Part shown: piece by piece, positions 1 to 8,540 of the stretch
Position numbering within the stretch: position 1 is the stretch's first letter
How the letters are laid out: the number at the start of each line of letters is the position of its first letter
Assembly (NCBI GenBank): GCA_050013715.1
Contig: JBEKES010000001.1
Location: 14,378-78,377, forward strand
Source of the DNA: Candidatus Micrarchaeaceae archaeon
Lineage (GTDB): Archaea > Micrarchaeota > Micrarchaeia > Micrarchaeales > Micrarchaeaceae
DNA: 64,000 nt
Direction: 5' to 3'
Position numbers and translations under genes: made by a program
Notes under the pieces: generated by a model
What the model saw: the letters and a program-made list of their open reading frames with translations, nothing else
Told to the model about the DNA's origin: nothing
Databases searched by the model: none

Positions 1-1
1 A

Positions 2-2233
2 GTGGACAATGGGAAAGTGATAAAGGCAAGGGAAATCGTTGAAATTGAAAGGTCATTGTACGGAAAAAGCACAAAGGGATTCAAGGTAATAGTAAGCAAC
101 ACCTCAAGCGTGCCGAAGCTGAGCTCGGCATTGGGGCAATACGGCACCTGCTACGAATATGACATACCATTCGCAAAAAGATACTCAGTTGATAAGCAGA
201 TTGTTCCGTTGGTAAATTACAGGATTGATGTTGAAGACAGGAACGGCATTCTTTTCCTGAAAGGCTTTGAAAAATCAGATGAGTCATTCTCCGAATTAAG
301 AGTCATGGGTTTTGATATTGAGACCTATAACCCGTTAGGCGTTCCAAGATCCGATAAAGACCCGATAATAATGATAAGCTACCTTTACACAAACGGTTCT
401 GAATTAAAAAAAGGTGTCATTACCTTCAAGAAGATAGATCTGCCGTTTGTAGAAGTTGCTAAGAACGAAAAGGACATGATAAAGAAATTCATTGAAAAGA
501 TAAACGAATTAGACGTTGACGTAATAATAGGATACAACTCAGCTAATTTTGACATAAGATATTTGATAGAACGTGCCCGTGCCATAAAAGTAGATTTCAA
601 CATAAGCAGATACGAAGGAGACACAAAAATAGAAAGCCACGGGTTAGTTGACAAGGTAAAGATAGCAGGGCGAGTTCACGTTGACATGTATGTTGTTATA
701 AAGTTCATAGCAACAGTAGGTGCATCTGAAAGCATACTGAAGCTAAACAGCAAAACGCTGAAGAACGTATACGAGGCAATAACAAACGAGAAGAAGTTCG
801 CAGTGGAAAAGATGGACATCTTCAAATTATGGGACGGAACAGAGGAAGAATTGAAAACTCTTGCAACCTACAATCTTGCAGATGTAGAGGCACTGCAGAA
901 AGTGTATGAAACATTCATACCCATTATGATTGAACTGACACGAGTGACATACAACGTGCTCAGCGACGTTTCGGTTTCAACAACAGGACAGCTTGTTGAA
1001 TTTATGCTGATGCACAACGCAGTAAAATTCAATGAGATAATACCAAACAAGCCATCCGACTTCGAAATGAAGGAGCGATTGACCAATCCGATTGAAGGCG
1101 CATATGTAAAAACCCCTGAGCCTGGAATCTACAGCAATTTGGTAATGTTTGACTTCAGGGGATTGTATCCTTCGATAATTATTTCCTACAACATAGACCC
1201 TTCATCGATATGCAGGGATTGCACGGAATATTATGAAACACCTGATGGAACAAGATTCGATAAAAACAGGAAGAGCATAATACCTACAATACTCAAGGAA
1301 CTGATACAAAGAAGAGCTGAAGTAAAAAAAGCTTACAAGAAGAATCCGGATGACATGTTCCTAGGAGCAAGGCAGCTTGCTTTGAAGATAGTGTCGAATT
1401 CGTTCTACGGTTATCTAGGCTATGCAAGATCAAGATGGTATTCAAGAGTCTGCGCTGGTGGAGTAACCGCACTGGGAAGGCAATACATACAGGAAAGCAT
1501 AGAAAAGGCAGAAAAATTCGGGCTTAAGGCGATATACGGTGACACAGATTCCATTGTTGCGTTGGTTGGAGACAAGACAAAGGATGAAATACTTGCATTT
1601 CTCAAGGATTTCAATACAAAGTTACCTGAATCCATGGAACTGGAACTGGAAGATTTCTATAAGAATGGAGTATTCGTAGGAAAGAAGAACGACAAGGAAA
1701 GCTCTGGTGCAAAGAAGAAATATGCATTGATATCGGAATCGGGAAGAATAAAGATAAGAGGATTCGAACTTGTAAGAAGAGATTGGTCGAAGATAGCAAG
1801 AGACACACAGAGGCTCGTTCTTGAAACAATTCTAAAAGAAGGAGATCCACAAAAGGCTGCTGACATAGTAAGAGATGCAGTAAAAAGGCTCAAGAGCGGA
1901 ACCATGCCACTTAGCGAGCTTGCGATAAGCACGCAACTGAGAAAAAGCATAGATGGATATGACGTAAAGTCACCAGAAGTAGGAGCTGCAAAGAAGGCAG
2001 TAAAAGATGGACTCAAGACAAGAGAAGAATTAGAAGGCGCAGTAATATCGTTTGTGATAACAAAGCATGGAAGCACAATATCAGACAGAGCAACACTCGA
2101 AGAGTTTGCAACAGATTATGATGCAGATTACTACATAAATCATCAGGTGATACCGGCAACAATGAGAATATTGAAAGAACTTAATTTCGATGAAGATGAC
2201 CTAAAAGGGTTAGGCACCCAGAAGAAATTATGA
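2..2233 (+). CDS. polB: Family B DNA polymerase (5' end runs off window)
   Basis: Exo motifs FDIETY, YNSANFD, YNLAD; polymerase motifs DFRGLYPS, KIVSNSFYGY, YGDTDS; C-terminal PIP-like QKKL. Confidence 0.97.
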   Translation: MDNGKVIKAREIVEIERSLYGKSTKGFKVIVSNTSSVPKLSSALGQYGTCYEYDIPFAKRYSVDKQIVPLVNYRIDVEDRNGILFLKGFEKSDESFSELRVMGFDIETYNPLGVPRSDKDPIIMISYLYTNGSELKKGVITFKKIDLPFVEVAKNEKDMIKKFIEKINELDVDVIIGYNSANFDIRYLIERARAIKVDFNISRYEGDTKIESHGLVDKVKIAGRVHVDMYVVIKFIATVGASESILKLNSKTLKNVYEAITNEKKFAVEKMDIFKLWDGTEEELKTLATYNLADVEALQKVYETFIPIMIELTRVTYNVLSDVSVSTTGQLVEFMLMHNAVKFNEIIPNKPSDFEMKERLTNPIEGAYVKTPEPGIYSNLVMFDFRGLYPSIIISYNIDPSSICRDCTEYYETPDGTRFDKNRKSIIPTILKELIQRRAEVKKAYKKNPDDMFLGARQLALKIVSNSFYGYLGYARSRWYSRVCAGGVTALGRQYIQESIEKAEKFGLKAIYGDTDSIVALVGDKTKDEILAFLKDFNTKLPESMELELEDFYKNGVFVGKKNDKESSGAKKKYALISESGRIKIRGFELVRRDWSKIARDTQRLVLETILKEGDPQKAADIVRDAVKRLKSGTMPLSELAISTQLRKSIDGYDVKSPEVGAAKKAVKDGLKTREELEGAVISFVITKHGSTISDRATLEEFATDYDADYYINHQVIPATMRILKELNFDEDDLKGLGTQKKL

Positions 2234-2294
2234 CTAGTTTCCTTGGAAAGATATCTATAAATATTTGAATAAACAGATAAAATTGAGTGATTAG

Positions 2295-2882
2295 ATGAGT
2301 GAAACATCAGCATTTAAAAAAGGTAGTGCAGTTGCTCCTTTACTTAAAGGAATTAATTCAGGCATATCTTTGCCTTTAATTAGACATACGAGAGACGAAA
2401 AAGAAAGTGACTATTTTTTTGTAGTACAGTCGAATAAAATCATATCAGTTTCAATATTTGATGGTGTTCTTAATCATCCACAATATTCATTTAGTGAAGG
2501 GTTTGAAATTGCTGCGCCATTTACATTATACGCAACTAAACTTGCTGATGACAAATTCGGATATTTATATTCAGATAAGAATGGTTTGATAGTGACTCAA
2601 GATTTTATTGCTTCAGTTACAACCCATATGGCTTTTATAATTACTGATTTAGAAACACGTGGAACTATGAATTGTAAATTAAATGGTAACAGGTTATCTG
2701 TATGCAGCGGTTCTGATCCTCTTTTTAGTTTAATACAGAAAGAACCAGGTCGTGCTTATGTTGAAAGTGTAGTAGATAGTAGAAAAGAGTATGAATATAT
2801 TGGCGCTCTTGGTATATTATCATCAAGCGCAAGTCCATGTGTTTTTGTTTCGTCGGATTCACATGAAATACTTAGATTATGA
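2295..2882 (+). CDS. Hypothetical protein, possibly degenerate PP2C-like phosphatase fold
   Basis: GTGAT-TAG-ATG start; motif order RDEKESD / SIFDGV / VTT / GSD / VSSDS resembles PP2C motifs. Confidence 0.55.
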   Translation: MSETSAFKKGSAVAPLLKGINSGISLPLIRHTRDEKESDYFFVVQSNKIISVSIFDGVLNHPQYSFSEGFEIAAPFTLYATKLADDKFGYLYSDKNGLIVTQDFIASVTTHMAFIITDLETRGTMNCKLNGNRLSVCSGSDPLFSLIQKEPGRAYVESVVDSRKEYEYIGALGILSSSASPCVFVSSDSHEILRL

Positions 2883-2897
2883 GAATTTAGTGATTAT

Positions 2898-4310
2898 ATA
2901 ACCATAGAAAAACCAGCAACATATGGAAACCTGAGTCCTCTAACTGCAATATCACCTTTGGACGGACGTTATAGAAGAAAGGTAGAAACTCTCGTTCCTT
3001 TTGCTTCTGAAATGGGTTTGATAAAAACTCGAATAGAAGTAGAGGCAAAATATTTAATAGCACTTTCTCATGTTGGTTTGGTAAGAAAATTACAACCTAA
3101 AGAAATTGTTTTCTTAACGGATTTAGGACATAATCTTACATTAAGACAAGCAGAAAGAATAAAAGATATTGAGGAAACTACGAAACATGATGTCAAAGCA
3201 ATGGAAAGGGCATTTCGTGAATTTGTAGCAGGAACAAGTCTGGAAGATGTAACAGAAATGATTCATTTTGGACTTACTTCTGAAGACGTGAATAACCTTT
3301 CTTATAGACTTATGCTCACGAGAGGTTTGTACGAGGTGTGCATACCTGCAATGGATTTGATAGTTGATGATCTTTATGAAAAGGCAAGAAAGTATAAAGG
3401 AACCCCTATGCTTGCAAGAACGCACGGTCAACCTGCAATTCCAACAACGTTAGGTAAGGAATTCGCTAACATGGCCGTACGTCTCAACAGACAGATAAGA
3501 AGATTGGAAAAACTGGAACTTACAGGAAAGCTTAACGGAGCTGTAGGAAACTTCAATGCACTTAGTTTCGCTGCACCTGAAGTTGATTGGATAAAATTCT
3601 CTAATAAATTTGTTGAATCTTTTGGTCTTAAGCTTAATTTAGTAACAACTCAGATAAATCCATATGAAGATATGATAGAAGTATTCCAAGGTGTTCAAAG
3701 AGTTAATAACGTCTTATTGGACATAAATCAAGACATGTGGAGATACATAAGCGATTATTGGATTGCTCAAGTTCCAAAACCAGATGAGGTAGGATCATCT
3801 ACCATGCCACAAAAAGTAAATCCGATAAATTTCGAGAATAGTGAAGGTAATATTCAAATTGCAAATAGTTTATTTGAGGGAATGAGCAGAAAACTCGCAG
3901 TATCAAGACTGCAAAGAGATTTGTCAGATAGCACAACACTAAGAAACGTTGGAAGTGCATTGGCCTATAGTCTTCTTGCATACATTAATACTTTGGAGGG
4001 ATTAAACAGGATAAATCCGAATATAGCAGTAATTAACAGCGAATTAAACGACAATTGGAATATACTCACAGAGGGTGTACAAACACTTTTAAGGCGTGCA
4101 GGTGTGACTGATCCTTATTCTATGGTTGCAAGCCTTTCTAAGGGTAAAATAAAACAGACTGAATGGGAAGACTGGATAAATAAACTTGAAATAGATGGAG
4201 ATTTAAAGAAAAAATTATTGATAGGACTTAAACCAGGATTATATATCGGATATGCTCAAACACTTACAGAATTAGCTCTTGATGAGATAGCTAATCTTAG
4301 AAGAAAATAG
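2898..4310 (+). CDS. purB: Adenylosuccinate lyase (bacterial-type); probable ATA start at 2898, ORF track starts at TTG 2958
   Basis: LTAISPLDGRY, HDVKA, HFGLTSED, RTHGQPA, GSSTMPQKVNPINFENSEGN, SRLQRDLSD. Confidence 0.95.
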   Translation: MTIEKPATYGNLSPLTAISPLDGRYRRKVETLVPFASEMGLIKTRIEVEAKYLIALSHVGLVRKLQPKEIVFLTDLGHNLTLRQAERIKDIEETTKHDVKAMERAFREFVAGTSLEDVTEMIHFGLTSEDVNNLSYRLMLTRGLYEVCIPAMDLIVDDLYEKARKYKGTPMLARTHGQPAIPTTLGKEFANMAVRLNRQIRRLEKLELTGKLNGAVGNFNALSFAAPEVDWIKFSNKFVESFGLKLNLVTTQINPYEDMIEVFQGVQRVNNVLLDINQDMWRYISDYWIAQVPKPDEVGSSTMPQKVNPINFENSEGNIQIANSLFEGMSRKLAVSRLQRDLSDSTTLRNVGSALAYSLLAYINTLEGLNRINPNIAVINSELNDNWNILTEGVQTLLRRAGVTDPYSMVASLSKGKIKQTEWEDWINKLEIDGDLKKKLLIGLKPGLYIGYAQTLTELALDEIANLRRK

Positions 4311-4317
4311 TGATTAA

Positions 4318-4677
4318 ATGGCAACAAAATGGACCGTAAAAACGCATGAAAGATATTTAGTTGAGGCTGCATCTTTCTCATTTAGGGCCCATCAAACAGA
4401 TACAGCAACGCGGCTTTTAAGACTAGTTGATATTACTGATCCGATTGAAATAAGCCAGATAAGGAAAAGTGCAAGAAAAACCAGAACCCATAGAGATACT
4501 CAACATTCGATGTTTGTAGCTGTAGGGAGAATAGATGTATATACCCATATAGTAAATTCTGGAGAGGTGAAGATGCCACCTAAAAAGTTTTTAGCTTCTC
4601 TTGCTTCCATAAGGGAAAATCTAGAAAGCCGCGCATTGGATTATAACATAATTTTAAGGAGAATTTTAGCTGCCTAA
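4318..4677 (+). CDS. Hypothetical protein
   Basis: 119 aa ORF, GTGAT-TAA-ATG start directly after purB. Confidence 0.7.
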   Translation: MATKWTVKTHERYLVEAASFSFRAHQTDTATRLLRLVDITDPIEISQIRKSARKTRTHRDTQHSMFVAVGRIDVYTHIVNSGEVKMPPKKFLASLASIRENLESRALDYNIILRRILAA

Positions 4678-4733
4678 AGCCCAATAAATGCTTATTTATA
4701 TATTCATTCTAGACAATATACTAGTAGATATTC

Positions 4734-5651
4734 ATGGCTGAAAACGAGAAGGAAATAGATATAACTCTACTCAAGGACATAGGAAAAGCTTCAGCGGAAG
4801 CCATGGAATATGCGGCAAAGCAGGTAAAGCCAGGAGCAAAACTCCTTGATGTTGCCGAAAGCGCAGAGAAATTCCTCAAGGACAAAGGCTTCGGCCTTGC
4901 ATTTCCAATCAATTTATCAGTAAATGCTCAGGCTGCGCACTACACGCCAAGCCTTGATGATGACAAGGTATTCGGTGCCAATGACATAGTAAAGGTTGAC
5001 TTCGGTGCAGAGAAAGATGGCTGGCTGGGCGATGGGGCCATAACCGTTGACCTTTCAGGAAAGCACCAGGAAATGGTCGAGTGTGCCAACAAGGCGCTGG
5101 ACAATGCGATAAGCGCAGTAAGGCATGGAGTAAGCGTATGCTACATAGGCCAGGCAATTGCAGAAACAGCGGATTCCTACGGATTCAATGTGATAAAGAA
5201 TCTCGGGGGCCATGGCATACACCAGCATGAGCTTCATGCAGAGCTCTTCATACCAAATTACGATAATGGGGATTTCACAACCCTTGAAGAGGGCATGGTA
5301 GTTGCGATAGAACCATTTCTCACCACAGGCAAGGGAATCGTAACTGATAGTGATTTGTGCGAGATATACAGCTACTCGTCCAATGAACCAACAAGATCCC
5401 AGGAAGCAAGAAAGCTTCTCCAGCATTTGGAAAAGCAAAACAGCAGGGAACCGTTTGCAGTAAGATGGTTCTCTAATTTATTTGAATCGAAATTCAGGCT
5501 CTATGCTGCGGTCAAGGAACTGGCACGAATAGGAGCAATAGAGCCGCATCCAACCCTTGTGGAAATAAGCGGAGGAGATGTGGCACAGGCGGAAGCGCAG
5601 ATAATGGTAACGAATGAAGGCTGCGAGATAATAACAAGAGCCAAGATTTAG
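4734..5651 (+). CDS. map: Methionine aminopeptidase type 2
   Basis: AFPINLSVN, AAHYTP, KVDFG, LGD, NLGGH, AIEPF. Confidence 0.96.
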   Translation: MAENEKEIDITLLKDIGKASAEAMEYAAKQVKPGAKLLDVAESAEKFLKDKGFGLAFPINLSVNAQAAHYTPSLDDDKVFGANDIVKVDFGAEKDGWLGDGAITVDLSGKHQEMVECANKALDNAISAVRHGVSVCYIGQAIAETADSYGFNVIKNLGGHGIHQHELHAELFIPNYDNGDFTTLEEGMVVAIEPFLTTGKGIVTDSDLCEIYSYSSNEPTRSQEARKLLQHLEKQNSREPFAVRWFSNLFESKFRLYAAVKELARIGAIEPHPTLVEISGGDVAQAEAQIMVTNEGCEIITRAKI

Positions 5652-5701
5652 CTACACAGAATACTATAAATATCTCCTTTAACAGAGCTAAATGTGATTG
5701 A

Positions 5702-7123
5702 ATGGCAGATAAATTTGACTATGATTCAGCAATGGCAGTAGCCCAAACACAGTTCGAGAAAACGGTAGATAATATCTGGCCATTTGCAGTAAAGGCCCTT
5801 GGAGACAAAAACACTGAAAAGTATAAAACTGCTAAAGACAAATCAGAAAGAGTTTACTTGTTAGATATAGAAGGTGTAACTAAAAATGACCATTCCAGAT
5901 TAGTCATGTTGTACGAATTAAATCATGGGAGATTCTGGCGTGCTATTCCAGCTTGGAAAGCAATTTCAGATTTCAGCTGGGATGATAAGGTACTCTATGC
6001 AAATATTATACTTGAAAAAGCTAAAACCGCACACAAAATAAAAAAGGAATCCCAATATCCTGGAGATTCTTTCGGCCATGTCATAATAGTGGAAAACTAC
6101 AACAATGGAGTTTTAAGGGACTTCATATCAGATGACCTGCTTAAAGAGGCAGCAGGCAGGGGTTTTTGGGAAGTTGCCAATGAATATTTCACCAATAGTC
6201 TTGTTAATAATTTGCAAATGATAGGAGGTGCAAGGGAAAGGTACCTGACAATTATGGAGCATCACGAGCTGATAGATTTAACCCATGTGGATGAATTGTA
6301 TGAAAATCCCCTTTTGGGAGGTTACTGGATAACTGATAAATACATTAAAGCATTTGAAAGGTCTAAAAGTAAATTAAGTGAAGAATCTGCAGCAAAACTC
6401 GTACGTCCAATAATAGAAAAGGTATTCATTGATGCTTTTTATGTTGATCCTGATGGTACAGCAAAAACAGACAATCCTGCCAAATTCATAGCCGAGAATT
6501 TATTGCCATATGAAGAGTACATGAAAACAGAAGCTGTTCAGCTAATGCTGAAAGAAAGACTAAAAATTCACGCCAAGGATTATCATACATCCGGAATCGT
6601 AACTGTATTGCATTATATTGAGGCATCTGAAGCAGAAAAAGCCGAAATTGTAAGTGCGGCGTTGCCGAAAATCTATCCGCACGATGCAAAGAAACTCATC
6701 GATTACAAATTTCCAGGATCCCTGCTTAATAATGGTAAAAAAGAGGAAGTGGAAAATGCAATAATGGCGTTTCTTCAGGAACAATCAAGAAGCCCATTAG
6801 GATGTTGTGCTGGTGCAATGGAGGAAGTAATCAAACCTGTGTGGTTTGCACAGAGGGCAATGAAATATGGATTGCTTGATAGAGAAAAAGGTAGCAAATT
6901 TATAGGGGTAAAGGTAACTAATTACCTTAATGCATCATCGCACACGATTAAATTCACAATAGCATGGGAAAATACGCTTGATCCTGGTTACGTAAACCAT
7001 GAATTATACTCCAGATTTTCGAGCAGAATCAAACTTGAGACAGAAACAGAGCAAAGAAGAAGTGAACTCAGGAAAATGCAAAGAACGGAAATACATGTAG
7101 GTAAAAACAAAACAAAAACCTAA
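5702..7123 (+). CDS. Hypothetical protein (ORFan-like)
   Basis: 473 aa ORF, TATA box plus GTGAT-TGA-ATG; no recognised motif. Confidence 0.8.
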   Translation: MADKFDYDSAMAVAQTQFEKTVDNIWPFAVKALGDKNTEKYKTAKDKSERVYLLDIEGVTKNDHSRLVMLYELNHGRFWRAIPAWKAISDFSWDDKVLYANIILEKAKTAHKIKKESQYPGDSFGHVIIVENYNNGVLRDFISDDLLKEAAGRGFWEVANEYFTNSLVNNLQMIGGARERYLTIMEHHELIDLTHVDELYENPLLGGYWITDKYIKAFERSKSKLSEESAAKLVRPIIEKVFIDAFYVDPDGTAKTDNPAKFIAENLLPYEEYMKTEAVQLMLKERLKIHAKDYHTSGIVTVLHYIEASEAEKAEIVSAALPKIYPHDAKKLIDYKFPGSLLNNGKKEEVENAIMAFLQEQSRSPLGCCAGAMEEVIKPVWFAQRAMKYGLLDREKGSKFIGVKVTNYLNASSHTIKFTIAWENTLDPGYVNHELYSRFSSRIKLETETEQRRSELRKMQRTEIHVGKNKTKT

Positions 7124-7160
7124 AGATTTATCTTTCTGCTTAACGCTTAAACCGTTTCTT

Positions 7161-8324
7161 TTAGCCTAATAATTTTTCAGAGAACCCATATTCCACAATA
7201 TCCGCAAGCTGCTTCAAAGAGGTCCTGCCTAATCTGTTTGCAGTTGAGTAGAAAAGAGATTTTAGCAAATCATCAACTTCTTCTGATGAAAAAATTATAG
7301 GTTGTCTATCAATTTCCTGCTTTTCGTATTGCATTACCAGTTCGTTCTTTGAATTTATGTAGAAACTATAGGATGTTGATGGACAGAGGGTTGTAACTAC
7401 CCTGTACGCCGAACGTTTAGGTTTTGAACCATCTTCGCTCAGTCTTGGTATCTCGTTTCTCCATACTACAAGGAAGTGTATTGGATCCTCTTCTGTACCA
7501 GTATATTTTGGGTTTGTGTTTTCATAAAAATCAGGTGCAATGGATTTGAGCCATTCTTCAAAGCCAGCTTGTTTTCCTCCAATAACTTTCGAATCCAAAT
7601 GACATTGGTCTATGTACTTAAGAATTGCAACAAGCATGTAACCTTCTTGAGAGTGGTCCAATGATGCGGTTCTGCAATCGCTGTCGGTTTCAGGCCTATA
7701 GGAAACCACGTTTCCAAAAGGATCTGTTGTTTCATATGCAGTAAAATCTTTTTGCTTTATTATTAGATTGCCATACGAAGCGCCTGCAGTTATTATATTT
7801 TGGAAAATTGAACCGTCAGGTCTTGGTCTTGTGATTTCCCATTTCAATCCTTCATCAATGCTTTTGCTGATATGCTGTATTGCTGCACCTACAGTTCCAG
7901 TAAATTCAAATATGTCAGAAAAACCGAATTTCCTGTAATCGAAAAATTCCTCTTGTCTTAGAAGTCCCATCATACTATGACCAGACAATGCAAGAAGATC
8001 GTCTTGCTCTAAAGGTATTGTATGAATTTGCTCTGGCATTTCAACACACCAACAGGAGCGATCTGGGCAGTCTCTTAGCTTGTATAGATTTTGAAAAGAC
8101 TCAAAGAAATAAATTTTATCTTTTAATGGTATTGATGCAAAAAGTTTGTTTTCCTGCATAGTTATTATTGCAGATGGAATTATGTCCATTATCGTGAAAC
8201 TGTTATCTTTTCGTAATGCTCCGCTTTTGTATGCTTCACTTATGCGTCTATCAAGTCCGGATTCCCTTAGCATTTGCCTTGCTTTCGGATACAAAATCCA
8301 GTTTTCTCTTTGAAATTCCCCCAC
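7161..8324 (-). CDS. Hypothetical protein
   Basis: 387 aa ORF with upstream TATA; no recognised motif. Confidence 0.75.
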   Translation of the reverse strand: MGEFQRENWILYPKARQMLRESGLDRRISEAYKSGALRKDNSFTIMDIIPSAIITMQENKLFASIPLKDKIYFFESFQNLYKLRDCPDRSCWCVEMPEQIHTIPLEQDDLLALSGHSMMGLLRQEEFFDYRKFGFSDIFEFTGTVGAAIQHISKSIDEGLKWEITRPRPDGSIFQNIITAGASYGNLIIKQKDFTAYETTDPFGNVVSYRPETDSDCRTASLDHSQEGYMLVAILKYIDQCHLDSKVIGGKQAGFEEWLKSIAPDFYENTNPKYTGTEEDPIHFLVVWRNEIPRLSEDGSKPKRSAYRVVTTLCPSTSYSFYINSKNELVMQYEKQEIDRQPIIFSSEEVDDLLKSLFYSTANRLGRTSLKQLADIVEYGFSEKLLG

Positions 8325-8540
8325 AAATAAGCTTTCTAATGCTCATAATATATATAAGTTTCTTCTAGGGAATTCAAGCAAAAGCGCAATATACTTAAAG
8401 CTTGTCAAAAAAGATATTTCCTTGATTTCACAATGATGTATTTCATTATAAATACGATGATTGTCATACCATGCTAAGAAGGTATTTAAACATTAACAAC
8501 ACAAACCTTTTTTACTGCTGAATTTTGGGGATTGGTTTTC

